This document shows positions 16,300 through 26,001 of a DNA stretch of 57,522 nucleotides, piece by piece. Source of the stretch: Candidatus Magasanikiibacteriota bacterium (GTDB lineage Bacteria > Patescibacteriota > Patescibacteriia > Magasanikbacterales > UBA922); NCBI GenBank assembly GCA_003510435.1, contig DOMK01000020.1, positions 1 through 57,522 on the forward strand. The letters run 5' to 3'. The notes beneath the pieces were generated by a model, which had not been told where the DNA came from, did not search any database, and saw nothing but the letters and a program-made list of their open reading frames with translations. The position numbers and the translations under genes were made by a program. Within the stretch, counting starts at the first letter, position 1. The number at the start of each line of letters is the position of its first letter.

Positions 16300-17451
16300 T
16301 TATGTAGCTAATTGTTTCTTGATGTAATTGATTACTTCTTCTTCCACTTCTTTTAGTGTTTTGTTTATTATAATTGTTGAAGCTTGTTTTTTATCGCCAG
16401 CGGTTGGTTGAAATGGTTTTAAAAGTTCATGAGCATTGTGGCCTTTCACTGCTTTAAGGATTACATGAATACTTGGTTTTTCCAAATTATTATTTTGTTC
16501 ATAAAACAATAAAGTCAAACTAGCTTCGGGCGAATTGCTAATTAGTTCATCTACAATATCATAAAGTTCATTTGTTTCTGCTCCTGATCTAACAAAGTCA
16601 TCACGCGTAATAGTGGTCCAGACCAGACCAATAGATTTATCATGCTGAATATGTGATAAGGCTTGTCCCCAAAGTTTTAGAGTAGAGAGAGATCGAGTAC
16701 GATAAAGATTTTGTACAATATGATCACGGTCAGCCCCCAGGCTCATCAATTTACTAGCCAGGTTTAAAGTGTATGGTTTTATATTTTGTGTTCTAAAGCT
16801 ATGAGTATTGGCAATAATCGCTGTTAAAAGAGCCGTGGCGACTTGTTCATTTATATGTTCACTACCTATAGTTTCAAACATGTCGGCCAAAATTTCCCCG
16901 ACTGAAGTAGCCGTTGAATCAATAATATTTATTTGGCCAAAATGTTCATTACCAGCATGATTATCAATATTAATTACTGGTTTGTTATAAAACAGTTCAG
17001 TGTTGCTATCATAAATAGAACCAAGAGCAGCGTAATCTTCAGTCCCGAGTACAAAAATAATATCATATTTGAAATCAGATTGAGCGGTCCGAACATCATT
17101 GCGAGTCAAAAAACCTTGTTTAGGTGTGACAAAGATTCTTAATTTTTCATCTTTTAGGTCGTAGCTAAGTTCATGTACACCAGTTTTATCAGTATCAACT
17201 GTAATAACAAATTTTTGTAAATGAGAAAAATTAGCTTTAATTGTTTCAGCTTTTTTTAGAAATTCTAAATTTTTTGCTAGGACAAAGTCTTGGACAACAA
17301 TATCCACTCGTTTACCAATACTTTCCAAATACAAAGCCAAAGCCACACTAGAAGCGACCATATCGCCAGTACCTTCTTTATGAAAAGTAATCAAAATATC
17401 TTTTTTACCTTCCAAAAGTTTTTTGATTTGTTCGTAATCATTCAAGGACAT
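16300..17451 (-). CDS. DHH-family phosphoesterase-like protein with degenerate motifs
   Basis: ITFH..GTGD..AS, INIDNH, GQINII, ATS..E, LLTAIIANT.SF. ATG at 17451 (MSLNDY) is preferred. Confidence 0.75.
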   Translation of the reverse strand: MSLNDYEQIKKLLEGKKDILITFHKEGTGDMVASSVALALYLESIGKRVDIVVQDFVLAKNLEFLKKAETIKANFSHLQKFVITVDTDKTGVHELSYDLKDEKLRIFVTPKQGFLTRNDVRTAQSDFKYDIIFVLGTEDYAALGSIYDSNTELFYNKPVINIDNHAGNEHFGQINIIDSTATSVGEILADMFETIGSEHINEQVATALLTAIIANTHSFRTQNIKPYTLNLASKLMSLGADRDHIVQNLYRTRSLSTLKLWGQALSHIQHDKSIGLVWTTITRDDFVRSGAETNELYDIVDELISNSPEASLTLLFYEQNNNLEKPSIHVILKAVKGHNAHELLKPFQPTAGDKKQASTIIINKTLKEVEEEVINYIKKQLAT

Positions 17452-17619
17452 AAATAAAAATGGGTTTTTTAACCTATTACTCTGTTTCAAACAGAATAGA
17501 TGATTATATCAAATGTTATGTTTATTGTCAACCTAGCCAAATTCATATAATTGTGGACAAGTTTTTTGGCTAAAATTAGAGCTTTCTTGCCTTTTTGTTG
17601 AATATCTAGTAAAATATTA

Positions 17620-18102
17620 CTACTGATATACGGATTATCCGGATCAACGGATATTGTTTGGTATCTAATTAGTTTGAAGTATGATGAGGGTAAATTTACT
17701 TCATGAAGAATTATCATATAAAGTTCGTGGTATATTGTATGAAGTTCATAATGAACTTGGTTCTTATCGTAATGAGAAACAATATTGTGATAAGATAGAG
17801 TTTGGATTGAAAGAAAAAGGTCTGAAGTATGAACGTGAAAAGATATTATTACCTAGTTTTGATGGTGAACAAAAAGGTAGAAATAGAATAGATTTTATTG
17901 TGGAAGATAAAATAATTATTGAAGTCAAAGTTGTTCCAAGTTTTTCTCCAAATGATTTTAAACAATGTAAAAGATATTTAGTCAGTAGTAATAAAGAGCT
18001 TTGTTTATTAGTAAATTTTGGATTAAAATCCTGTGTTATTAAAAGAATTTTAAACCCGGATTTGTTAAATCAGTAGATCCGGATAATCAGTAATCTGTAG
18101 AT
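17620..18102. mobile_element. Candidate cassette: GxxExxY gene between inverted micro-repeat arms
   Basis: GATTATCCGGATC (17633-17645) and GATCCGGATAATC (18076-18088) form a perfect 13-bp inverted repeat, each within ACGGAT/ACTGAT-type units. Confidence 0.5.
17681..18076 (+). CDS. GxxExxY family protein (PD-(D/E)XK-like nuclease fold)
   Basis: EVHNELG..RNEKQY, RIDFIVEDKIIIEVK, Q...YL, LLVNFG; 131 aa. Confidence 0.88.
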   Translation: MMRVNLLHEELSYKVRGILYEVHNELGSYRNEKQYCDKIEFGLKEKGLKYEREKILLPSFDGEQKGRNRIDFIVEDKIIIEVKVVPSFSPNDFKQCKRYLVSSNKELCLLVNFGLKSCVIKRILNPDLLNQ

Positions 18103-20730
18103 ATGGATAAAGCTTACGAACCAAATTTATACGAAGATCAAATTTACAAACGCTGGGAAGAAAGCGGATTTTTTAATCCAGATAATTTAGAGGGCGAACC
18201 ATATTCTATTATGATGCCACCACCAAATGTAACTGGTGTGCTTCATCTTGGTCATGCTTTGGAAAATAGTTTAATGGATGTAATGGCGCGGTATCAACGT
18301 ATGCAAGGTAAAAAAGTTTTGTTACTTCCAGGGACAGATCATGCTGCTGTGGCTACTCAAGCTAGAGTGGAAAAGAATCTCATAAAAGAAGGAATGAAAA
18401 ATCCTAGAGAAGAATTAGGGCGTGATGGCTTACTTGAAAAGATTCGAGAATATGCCGAACAATCAAAAGCCACTATTTTAAAACAAATAAAAAAGATGGG
18501 TACGAGTGCTGACTGGTCTCGTCTGGCTTATACATTTGATGAAGAGAGGGGTAAGGCAGTAAATGAAGTATTTAAAAAAATGTATGATGACGGGCTCATT
18601 TATCGTGGATTTAGAGTTGTAAATTGGTCTGTAAAAGGTCAGTCAACAGCTTCTGATGATGAACTTATCTATATTGATCGCAAGGCAAAATTTTATACTT
18701 TTAAATATAGTAAAGATTTTCCTTTTACCATTGCCACGACTCGTCCCGAGACAAAACTAGGGGATACAGCGGTGGCTGTTAATCCAGATGATAAACGCTA
18801 TCAGAAATATATTGGCCAGGTTTTTGATGTAAGTTTTTGTGGGGTTGATTTGAAACTAAAAATTATTGGTGATGAACATGTTGATCCAGAATTTGGTACC
18901 GGCGCACTTGGTGTCACTCCAGCCCATAGTCCGGTTGATTTTGAAATGTATGAAAAACAAAAAGTAAAAAATGACCCAATTGGATTGATCAAAGTGATTG
19001 GCATTGATGGAAAAATGACTAGTGAGGCTGGTGTAGATTTTGTTGGTAAAACAGTGCTTGAAGCTCGTGATTTGGTAGTAGAAAAATTGAAAGCTCAAGG
19101 CTTGCTTGAGGCAGAAGAAGAAATTGAGCAAAATGTTGGCACATCTGATAGGTTTGGTGATGTAGTAGAATCTATTCCTATGGATCAATGGTGGCTTGAT
19201 GTTAATAAAGAAATTCCAAGTAGAGGAAAAAGTTTGAGAGATTTGATGAGGGAAGCTTTAACAGCGGGATTAGACGGAGATATAACAAAGAAGGTGAACG
19301 TTACCCCCGAAAGATTTACAAAGCTTTATCTGGATAGGGTGGATAATTTACGTGATTGGTGTTTATCTCGTCAGATTTGGTGGGGACATCGTATTCCTGT
19401 TTGGTACAAAGGTGAAGAAATCCAGGTTGGGGCAGAAAAACCAGACGGAGATGGGTGGGTTCAAGACGAAGACACACTTGATACTTGGTTTAGTTCAGGG
19501 CTTTGGACTTTTTCAACCCTTGGTTGGCCTGAGCAAGAATTAGACGTTAAAACTTTTCATCCTACAAATTGGATGCAGATGGGTTACGAAATTCTTTATT
19601 TGTGGTTGATGAGAATGGTTCTTATGAGTACCTACAATTTAGGTGAAATTCCATTTAAAGATGCATACATTCACGGAATGTTGCGTGATAAGGATGGACA
19701 AAAATTTTCCAAGTCATCTGGTAATGGCATTGACCCTCTAGAAGTAATAGAAAAATATGGTACTGATGCTTTGCGTTGGAGTTTATTAGGTAGTATTACC
19801 CCTGGTAACGATTCACGTTTTTATTTGGAAAAAGTAGAAGGGGCACAACATTTTGTAAATAAGTTATGGAATATTTCGCGGTTTATTATGTCTGTCATCC
19901 CGAACCCATCGCAGGGTGAAGGATCCCTTAACATTAAGACTTTAGCTGACAAATGGATTTTATCTCGCTTGTCTGTTGTTACCGAGCAAATAACTACCAA
20001 TATTGAAAAATTTCAGTTTTCACAAGCTGGAGAACTATTGCGTGATTTTACTTGGAATGAATTGGCTGATTGGTATTTGGAAATTGCTAAAATTGAGGGA
20101 GACAAAACAGAAGTATTAAACTTTATTTTAAACGCAGTATTAAAAATGTGGCATCCCTTTATGCCATTTGTGACTGAACAAATCTGGACTGAGATTTATG
20201 GCACTGAAAAAATGTTGATGGTAGAAAAATGGCCCAAATGTCATTCTGAACTTGTTTCAGAATCTTTCGAAGGATTTGAATTAATCAAAAATATTATCAC
20301 TGGTATTCGTTCACTTCGAGCAGAAAATAAAATTGAACCAGTAAAGAAATTAAATGCTTTAATTTCTGCTGGTGGTATGGTTGATTTATTCCAAGAAAAT
20401 GCTGAGATTATTAAAGTCTTGGCCAGATTAGAAAATTTACAAATTGAGAAAACAGCTGTAAAACCAGAAGGTAGTATTGGTTTTGTTGAAAGTGGTGTTG
20501 AAGTATTTGTAGATTTGTCTGGGGCAGTGGATATAGCCAAAGAAAAAGTTAGACTAGAAAAAGAAAAACAAGAATTAGACAAATATGTAAAAGGTTTGGC
20601 AGGAAAACTTGGTAATCAAGAATTTGTCAGTAATGCTCCACCAGCTGTAGTAGAGAAGGAACAACAAAAATTAACTGAAGTGAAGGATAAGTTAACTAAA
20701 ATTGAGGGACAGTTAAATAGTTTAAAATAA
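18103..20730 (+). CDS. valS: Valine--tRNA ligase
   Basis: PPPNVTGVLHLGHA, GTDHA, ATTRPET.LGD, GTGA..VTPAH, DWCLSRQIWWGH, KFSKS, C-terminal coiled coil. Confidence 0.97.
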   Translation: MDKAYEPNLYEDQIYKRWEESGFFNPDNLEGEPYSIMMPPPNVTGVLHLGHALENSLMDVMARYQRMQGKKVLLLPGTDHAAVATQARVEKNLIKEGMKNPREELGRDGLLEKIREYAEQSKATILKQIKKMGTSADWSRLAYTFDEERGKAVNEVFKKMYDDGLIYRGFRVVNWSVKGQSTASDDELIYIDRKAKFYTFKYSKDFPFTIATTRPETKLGDTAVAVNPDDKRYQKYIGQVFDVSFCGVDLKLKIIGDEHVDPEFGTGALGVTPAHSPVDFEMYEKQKVKNDPIGLIKVIGIDGKMTSEAGVDFVGKTVLEARDLVVEKLKAQGLLEAEEEIEQNVGTSDRFGDVVESIPMDQWWLDVNKEIPSRGKSLRDLMREALTAGLDGDITKKVNVTPERFTKLYLDRVDNLRDWCLSRQIWWGHRIPVWYKGEEIQVGAEKPDGDGWVQDEDTLDTWFSSGLWTFSTLGWPEQELDVKTFHPTNWMQMGYEILYLWLMRMVLMSTYNLGEIPFKDAYIHGMLRDKDGQKFSKSSGNGIDPLEVIEKYGTDALRWSLLGSITPGNDSRFYLEKVEGAQHFVNKLWNISRFIMSVIPNPSQGEGSLNIKTLADKWILSRLSVVTEQITTNIEKFQFSQAGELLRDFTWNELADWYLEIAKIEGDKTEVLNFILNAVLKMWHPFMPFVTEQIWTEIYGTEKMLMVEKWPKCHSELVSESFEGFELIKNIITGIRSLRAENKIEPVKKLNALISAGGMVDLFQENAEIIKVLARLENLQIEKTAVKPEGSIGFVESGVEVFVDLSGAVDIAKEKVRLEKEKQELDKYVKGLAGKLGNQEFVSNAPPAVVEKEQQKLTEVKDKLTKIEGQLNSLK

Positions 20731-20734
20731 TTTT

Positions 20735-21940
20735 ATGGCAAATGGAAATGGATTTGAAAGAATGTTGGGAAGGGATATAGATAAACATTTTTTGGGCACT
20801 AAAAATAAGGAAGTGTCAGGTGAGAGAATTGAATGGAAAACTAAAATAGTACATGATGATATAGAAAAAATTAGTTTTTTTAGTAGTGAAGTCATTCCTA
20901 AATTAAGAAATTTTTGTGGGCCAATACAAGATTTGAGGACGGATTTTGGTTTTAACGAAGTAAAAAAAATGGCTGGGGATATATCTGCTTTTTGTGCTAT
21001 GTTAAATGAACACGTTGATGTGTTGAAAATAAGAAATTATTTTGGACATGATCTTCAAACTGTTGCCAATAATTTATCTGGTTATTCGACTTTTGTGGCT
21101 GAAGCTACCACAGAAAAGGACGCAAAAGATGATTTGTTAAAATTTTTACCACTTTGGGAAAGATACACTGTTGCAATGGAAGATGTATTATTAAAAGGTC
21201 TATCAAAACAGGAAGTGCTAGAAGTATTTTGTACAGGTGGTGTTGATTTAGGAGTTTTACAAAAAGCCGTTGAATATTTGGTTGGTCGTGAAAGAGATTC
21301 TCTAATAAAATATGGTGATCGGGAAATTGGAGAAAGGAAAAAATATGGTAATTTAAAAAAAATAAATCTAGATGTAAGACAGGATTTAGGTCAATTGGAG
21401 AATAGATTGAAAGGAAAAAAAATAAAAGGTAATACGGGGGCAATAGGAAATTTTATCTTGAATGAATTTAGAAATGATTTTCAAGATAGAATAGATGCTA
21501 GTAAAGTGATTTTGGAAATTGGGGAAGAAAATAATGAATTAGTTATTAGGATTATTGATAATGGGAAAGGAATGAACCCAGAACATTTGGATCGAATGCA
21601 TTCATTAAATGGGACTTTAATATCTAGAAAAACTAGAGAAGGAGTTTTGACAGAGAAAAAAGGAAAATCATCTTGTATTTTTGAGGAAGGTGCATCTGGT
21701 GATATAAACGATAGAGAAGAGCTTAAAAGTTCTGGTTTGGGTGTGGCAAATTTTGATTATAGAATAAAATCAATGGGCGGAAAATTGAGAGTATACAGTA
21801 TAAGACGTGAAACTGGTAAAGTTGCTTCTTATGTTCAGAAAAAAGGACAAAAGACAGATGATCTGGCAAACAAGATGATTTTTGAAGGTTTTAGTTCAGG
21901 GACGGTGTTTGAAATTCGTTTACCAATTGAAGATAAATAA
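20735..21940 (+). CDS. Soluble histidine-kinase-like protein (HisKA-like plus GHKL ATPase)
   Basis: GHDLQ H-box-like motif, LNEFRN, IIDNGKGM, SGLG, GTVFEIRLP; no transmembrane segment seen. Confidence 0.6.
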   Translation: MANGNGFERMLGRDIDKHFLGTKNKEVSGERIEWKTKIVHDDIEKISFFSSEVIPKLRNFCGPIQDLRTDFGFNEVKKMAGDISAFCAMLNEHVDVLKIRNYFGHDLQTVANNLSGYSTFVAEATTEKDAKDDLLKFLPLWERYTVAMEDVLLKGLSKQEVLEVFCTGGVDLGVLQKAVEYLVGRERDSLIKYGDREIGERKKYGNLKKINLDVRQDLGQLENRLKGKKIKGNTGAIGNFILNEFRNDFQDRIDASKVILEIGEENNELVIRIIDNGKGMNPEHLDRMHSLNGTLISRKTREGVLTEKKGKSSCIFEEGASGDINDREELKSSGLGVANFDYRIKSMGGKLRVYSIRRETGKVASYVQKKGQKTDDLANKMIFEGFSSGTVFEIRLPIEDK

Positions 21941-21951
21941 TTTTAAAATTT

Positions 21952-22425
21952 ATGAATAAAATTTTATTAGCTGGGGTTTTATTTGTGTTTTTGGTTGGAG
22001 TGGGTTGTAGTACAAATAATTTACAAAAAAAAGAAGTTGATCAAACTGAAAAGTCTGTCATGGATAAATTTGTTTTAACAACTGAACCACAAGATGCAAT
22101 ATTTTATATTGGTTATGGTATGACTGGTGGCATGGGTTCAATGCCAGTTTTAAAGGGTGCGAATGATTATAATTTAGTCTATAATAATTTATCAGTATTT
22201 TTTAGTGAAAGTTTTGAAGGAACCGTGAGGGAGAAATTACCAAGTTGTTATGAAGGTAGGCCAGAGATAAAAGTTTCTGCCAAGATTCAATTAGAGAAAA
22301 ACAGTTCAATTAATACCTCTATTCCGCCAGATGAAAATGGTAATCAGCCAGAAGAATCATATTATACTGCCAAGGTTTTGGAGTTAAAAAATATTGAGGT
22401 GAAAGCTGTAGAATGTAAAGATTAG
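21952..22425 (+). CDS. Hypothetical lipoprotein
   Basis: Signal peptide with lipobox GVGC. Confidence 0.7.
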   Translation: MNKILLAGVLFVFLVGVGCSTNNLQKKEVDQTEKSVMDKFVLTTEPQDAIFYIGYGMTGGMGSMPVLKGANDYNLVYNNLSVFFSESFEGTVREKLPSCYEGRPEIKVSAKIQLEKNSSINTSIPPDENGNQPEESYYTAKVLELKNIEVKAVECKD

Positions 22426-22463
22426 CTAAAAAATTTTCAATTATCAATTATCAATTTTACAAT

Positions 22464-23654
22464 ATGAATATAAATACAGATCCAAAATTAATTGAGGAAT
22501 TTTTAACTCGTGGGGTGGAAGCGATTTATCCTCATGCTGATGAATTAAAGAAAAAATTAATGTCTGGTGAGAGATTGCGCGCTTACCAAGGCTTTGATCC
22601 AACCGGACCATATCTTCATGTTGGTCATGCGATGGGTATTAGAGCCATGCGACTACTTCAACAAATGGGACACGAAGTAATATTTTTGGTTGGGGATTTT
22701 ACAGCGATGATTGGTGATCCAGACAAAGATACTACTCGTGATATGCTGACTGAAGAACAGATTCAAAAAAATATGTCTGGTTGGAAAGAACAAGCTGGAC
22801 AATTGATTAATTTTGATGGGGAAAATCCAGTTCAATTTAAGCGTAATTCCGAGTGGCTCAAAGATATAAAACTTCCAGAGGTATTGAAGCTTATGTATAA
22901 CACAACTTTACAACGAACTATGGAACGTGATCTGTTTGCGCGTCGTTTGAAAATTGAAGATCCGATTAGACTTCACGAAATTTTATATCCACTAATGCAG
23001 GGCTATGATGGTGTGGCAATGAACGTTGATATTGAAATCGGTGGAGCGGATCAGACTTTTAATATGTTGACCGGCCGAATGTTATCAAAAGCTTATTTGA
23101 ACAAAGAAAAATTTGTCCGAGCCAATCGTATGATGAACGCGCCAGATAGTATTACGATGAGTAAGACCAAGGGTAACGGTATTAATTTGTCAGACAGTCC
23201 AGAAGATATGTATGGCAAGGCCATGTCTTATGCTGATAATGAAATTATTAATGGTTTTGAATTTTTGACCGAAATACCAATGGCTGAAATTAAGGAAATG
23301 GAAAAAGAAATTAAGAATGGCGCTAATCCAATGGAATTTAAAAAGAAAATGGCTTTTGAGATTGTAAAAATTATTAAAGGGGTTGAAGCAGCTCAAATTG
23401 GTCAAACATATTTTGAAAAAGTAATCCAGAGTAAAAATAGACCAGAAGACATTCTAGAATTGAAACCAAGTTCATATAATGTTGTGGATGTCTTGGTAGA
23501 ATCTAAAATTTGCAAAAGTAAATCTGAAGCTAGACAAATGATTGAACAAGGTGGAGTAAAAGTAAATGATGAAAAAGTCTCGGCTTTTGATTTCGCAACC
23601 AAGTCTGGAGATGTGGTGCAAAAGGGAAGTAGGTTTTTTGTACGAGTAAAATAA
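22464..23654 (+). CDS. tyrS: Tyrosine--tRNA ligase
   Basis: GFDPTG..LHVGH, GDFTAMIGDP, YPLMQGYD, GGADQ.FN, TMSKT, C-terminal S4 domain. Confidence 0.96.
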   Translation: MNINTDPKLIEEFLTRGVEAIYPHADELKKKLMSGERLRAYQGFDPTGPYLHVGHAMGIRAMRLLQQMGHEVIFLVGDFTAMIGDPDKDTTRDMLTEEQIQKNMSGWKEQAGQLINFDGENPVQFKRNSEWLKDIKLPEVLKLMYNTTLQRTMERDLFARRLKIEDPIRLHEILYPLMQGYDGVAMNVDIEIGGADQTFNMLTGRMLSKAYLNKEKFVRANRMMNAPDSITMSKTKGNGINLSDSPEDMYGKAMSYADNEIINGFEFLTEIPMAEIKEMEKEIKNGANPMEFKKKMAFEIVKIIKGVEAAQIGQTYFEKVIQSKNRPEDILELKPSSYNVVDVLVESKICKSKSEARQMIEQGGVKVNDEKVSAFDFATKSGDVVQKGSRFFVRVK

Positions 23655-23694
23655 TTCATTTGGCAGATAGCAGATAACATATAGCAAAAAAACT

Positions 23695-25479
23695 ATGATA
23701 GATGAGGTTAAAAATGATTTAAAAAGTTTTCTGATTGAGAGTGGTTTTCATGGTGATTTTAAATTTGAAACGCCGCCAAGAATTGAACTTGGTGATTTGT
23801 GTTTAAATGTTTTTAAGCTATTTGATGAAAATGGAGTGAAAGGTTCTTTAATTTTGGCTGATAAAATAGTAAATCTAATTAGTAACTTAAAAGATGAAAG
23901 CAACCCACTCGTGATGAAGTTTGGTGTAGATGAAAGAATTAAAATTATTGATAAAGTTAATACAGTTGGTCCATATGTGAATTTTTATTTTAATGATATA
24001 GAGTTGGTAAAGAATTTATTAAAAAGTTTTACAAAAGATTTTGGTAAATTGAAAATGGGTAAGGGTAAAAAAATAATGGTAGAATATGGTTGTCCCAATC
24101 CATTAAAGGTTTTTCATTTGGGGCATTTAAAAAATTTAATAACTGGTGAAAGTGTAGCGCGAATTTTTGAAAATGCAGGGTATAAAGTAATTAGAGTGAA
24201 TTATCAAGGTGATGTGGGTATGCATGTGGCCAAAGCTTTGTGGGGGATTAATCAATTAAATGCAGAATTTAAAAAAATAAAGACTAAACCATTATTAGAG
24301 AGGATAAATTTTTTAGGTCGGGCGTATGCTCATGGGGCCAAGGCTTTTGAAGAAAATGAAGTGAGTAAAGCAGAAATATTGGATTATAATGAAAAAGTGT
24401 ATAGCCAGGACAAATCTATTCAAGTGATTTATAAAATGACCAGAAAATGGAGTTTGGATTATTTTGATTTAATTTATAAAAAATTGGATACCAAGTACAA
24501 CCAAATGTATTTTGAATCAGAAGTTTTTGAACGGGGGATAAAAATAGTAGAACAATTTGTAAAAAAAGGTGTGTTTGTAAAAAGTGAAGGCGCTATTATT
24601 TTCCCAGGGAGCAAGTATGGTTTGCATGATCGAGTTTTTATCAATAGTAAGGGTTTGCCAACTTATGAAGCCAAAGAATTAGCCTTGGCCGAAAAAAGAT
24701 ATAAAAAATATCATCCCGCTGGGATTATTCATGTGGTGGGAAAAGAACAAACTGAATATTTTAAAGTATTATTTAAAGCTTTAGAACAAGTAATTCCAGA
24801 ATCAAAAGGTAAGAGTCAACATTTGATTGGTGGATATTTGCAATTGAAGGGGGGAAAGAAAATGAGTTCTCGAACCGGACAGGTCGTAGCTGGTGATGAA
24901 TTGTTAAATATGACAGAATCTGAGATTGTGGAATTGATGAAAGATCGTAAAATTAAAAATAAAGCTGAAGTGGTGAGAAGAATTACTGGTGCGGTTTTGA
25001 AATACTCCATGCTCAAATCTAATGTTTCTCAAGATGTGGCTTTTGATATGGAGGAATCTGTAAGTTTTACTGGTGATAGTGGTCCATACCTTTTGTATAT
25101 TATGGCGCGGATAAAGAGTATACTTAGAAAGTCCCTGCCTCATCGGCAGGCAGGCAAAATCCCTGCCTCATCGGCAGGCAGGCAAAACTCAAAATCCAAA
25201 ATTGTTGTTGTACAGCCAGAAGAAAAGAAATTATTATTACAGATTACCCAATTTGCTGATGTTACCAAATTGGCTGTGGAAAAATTAGATCCTTCGCAAA
25301 TTGCTAAGTATCTGTTTGAATTAGCCCAGAAATTCAATAGTTTTTATGAGAATTGTTCGGTTTTAAAGGCAGAAAGTGAAGTAATTCGTGATTTTCGTTT
25401 GCAGTTGATCAATATGACTGGACAAGTTATGGAAAAAGGGTTAGATCTTTTGGGAATAAAGGCCGTGGATGAGATGTAA
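23695..25479 (+). CDS. argS: Arginine--tRNA ligase
   Basis: VEYGCPN..K.FHLGH, GD.G.H, YEAKELA, KMSSRTG, GDSGPYLLY..AR, F..FYE.C.V. Confidence 0.96.
   Translation: MIDEVKNDLKSFLIESGFHGDFKFETPPRIELGDLCLNVFKLFDENGVKGSLILADKIVNLISNLKDESNPLVMKFGVDERIKIIDKVNTVGPYVNFYFNDIELVKNLLKSFTKDFGKLKMGKGKKIMVEYGCPNPLKVFHLGHLKNLITGESVARIFENAGYKVIRVNYQGDVGMHVAKALWGINQLNAEFKKIKTKPLLERINFLGRAYAHGAKAFEENEVSKAEILDYNEKVYSQDKSIQVIYKMTRKWSLDYFDLIYKKLDTKYNQMYFESEVFERGIKIVEQFVKKGVFVKSEGAIIFPGSKYGLHDRVFINSKGLPTYEAKELALAEKRYKKYHPAGIIHVVGKEQTEYFKVLFKALEQVIPESKGKSQHLIGGYLQLKGGKKMSSRTGQVVAGDELLNMTESEIVELMKDRKIKNKAEVVRRITGAVLKYSMLKSNVSQDVAFDMEESVSFTGDSGPYLLYIMARIKSILRKSLPHRQAGKIPASSAGRQNSKSKIVVVQPEEKKLLLQITQFADVTKLAVEKLDPSQIAKYLFELAQKFNSFYENCSVLKAESEVIRDFRLQLINMTGQVMEKGLDLLGIKAVDEM
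25132..25187 (+). repeat. Tandem 2 x 28-nt hairpin element inside argS
   Basis: TCCCTGCCTCATCGGCAGGCAGGCAAAA at 25132-25159 and 25160-25187; stem CCTGCCT/AGGCAGG. Confidence 0.9.
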
Positions 25480-25510
25480 AAAAATGTTTTTTATGATATA
25501 ATTATTTTGT

Positions 25511-25963
25511 ATGGATAAAAAATCTAAAATTTTGGTTTATATATTTTTTTCTTTAATAGTTATAGTCGTGGTTTTTACATTTTATAAATTCATTATTGCC
25601 AAAGATTATTATATTAGACTAGAAACCACCTGTGAGCCGACAAAAGAACATTGTTTTGTAAACGAATGTAATCCCGAAGAAGAAGAATGTCCAGCCGATC
25701 CAGCTGAAGGCATTAGTTATTATAAAATAATTGAAGAAAAAGCTAGCGCCATACCAGACTGTAGTTTAAGTGGCGAAGAGTGCCCAGAAATTTTTTGTGC
25801 TGAAGGTGAAGACTGCCAAGAGATCTTTTGCGATCCTGAAACAAACGATACTGGTATAGAATGTGTAGACCTGGAAGAATTTATTATTTTATCAGAAGTG
25901 CCAGAAGATACAAGTTTTGAAAATGTGGATTTGACCAGTAGTTCGACAGTCTTGGTAGAATAA
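25511..25963 (+). CDS. Membrane-anchored Cys-rich acidic hypothetical protein
   Basis: One N-terminal TM helix followed by many Cys in an acidic domain. Confidence 0.75.
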   Translation: MDKKSKILVYIFFSLIVIVVVFTFYKFIIAKDYYIRLETTCEPTKEHCFVNECNPEEEECPADPAEGISYYKIIEEKASAIPDCSLSGEECPEIFCAEGEDCQEIFCDPETNDTGIECVDLEEFIILSEVPEDTSFENVDLTSSSTVLVE

Positions 25964-26001
25964 TTTTTTTTAAATTAATTAATGGCTTATTATACTTTTG
26001 T

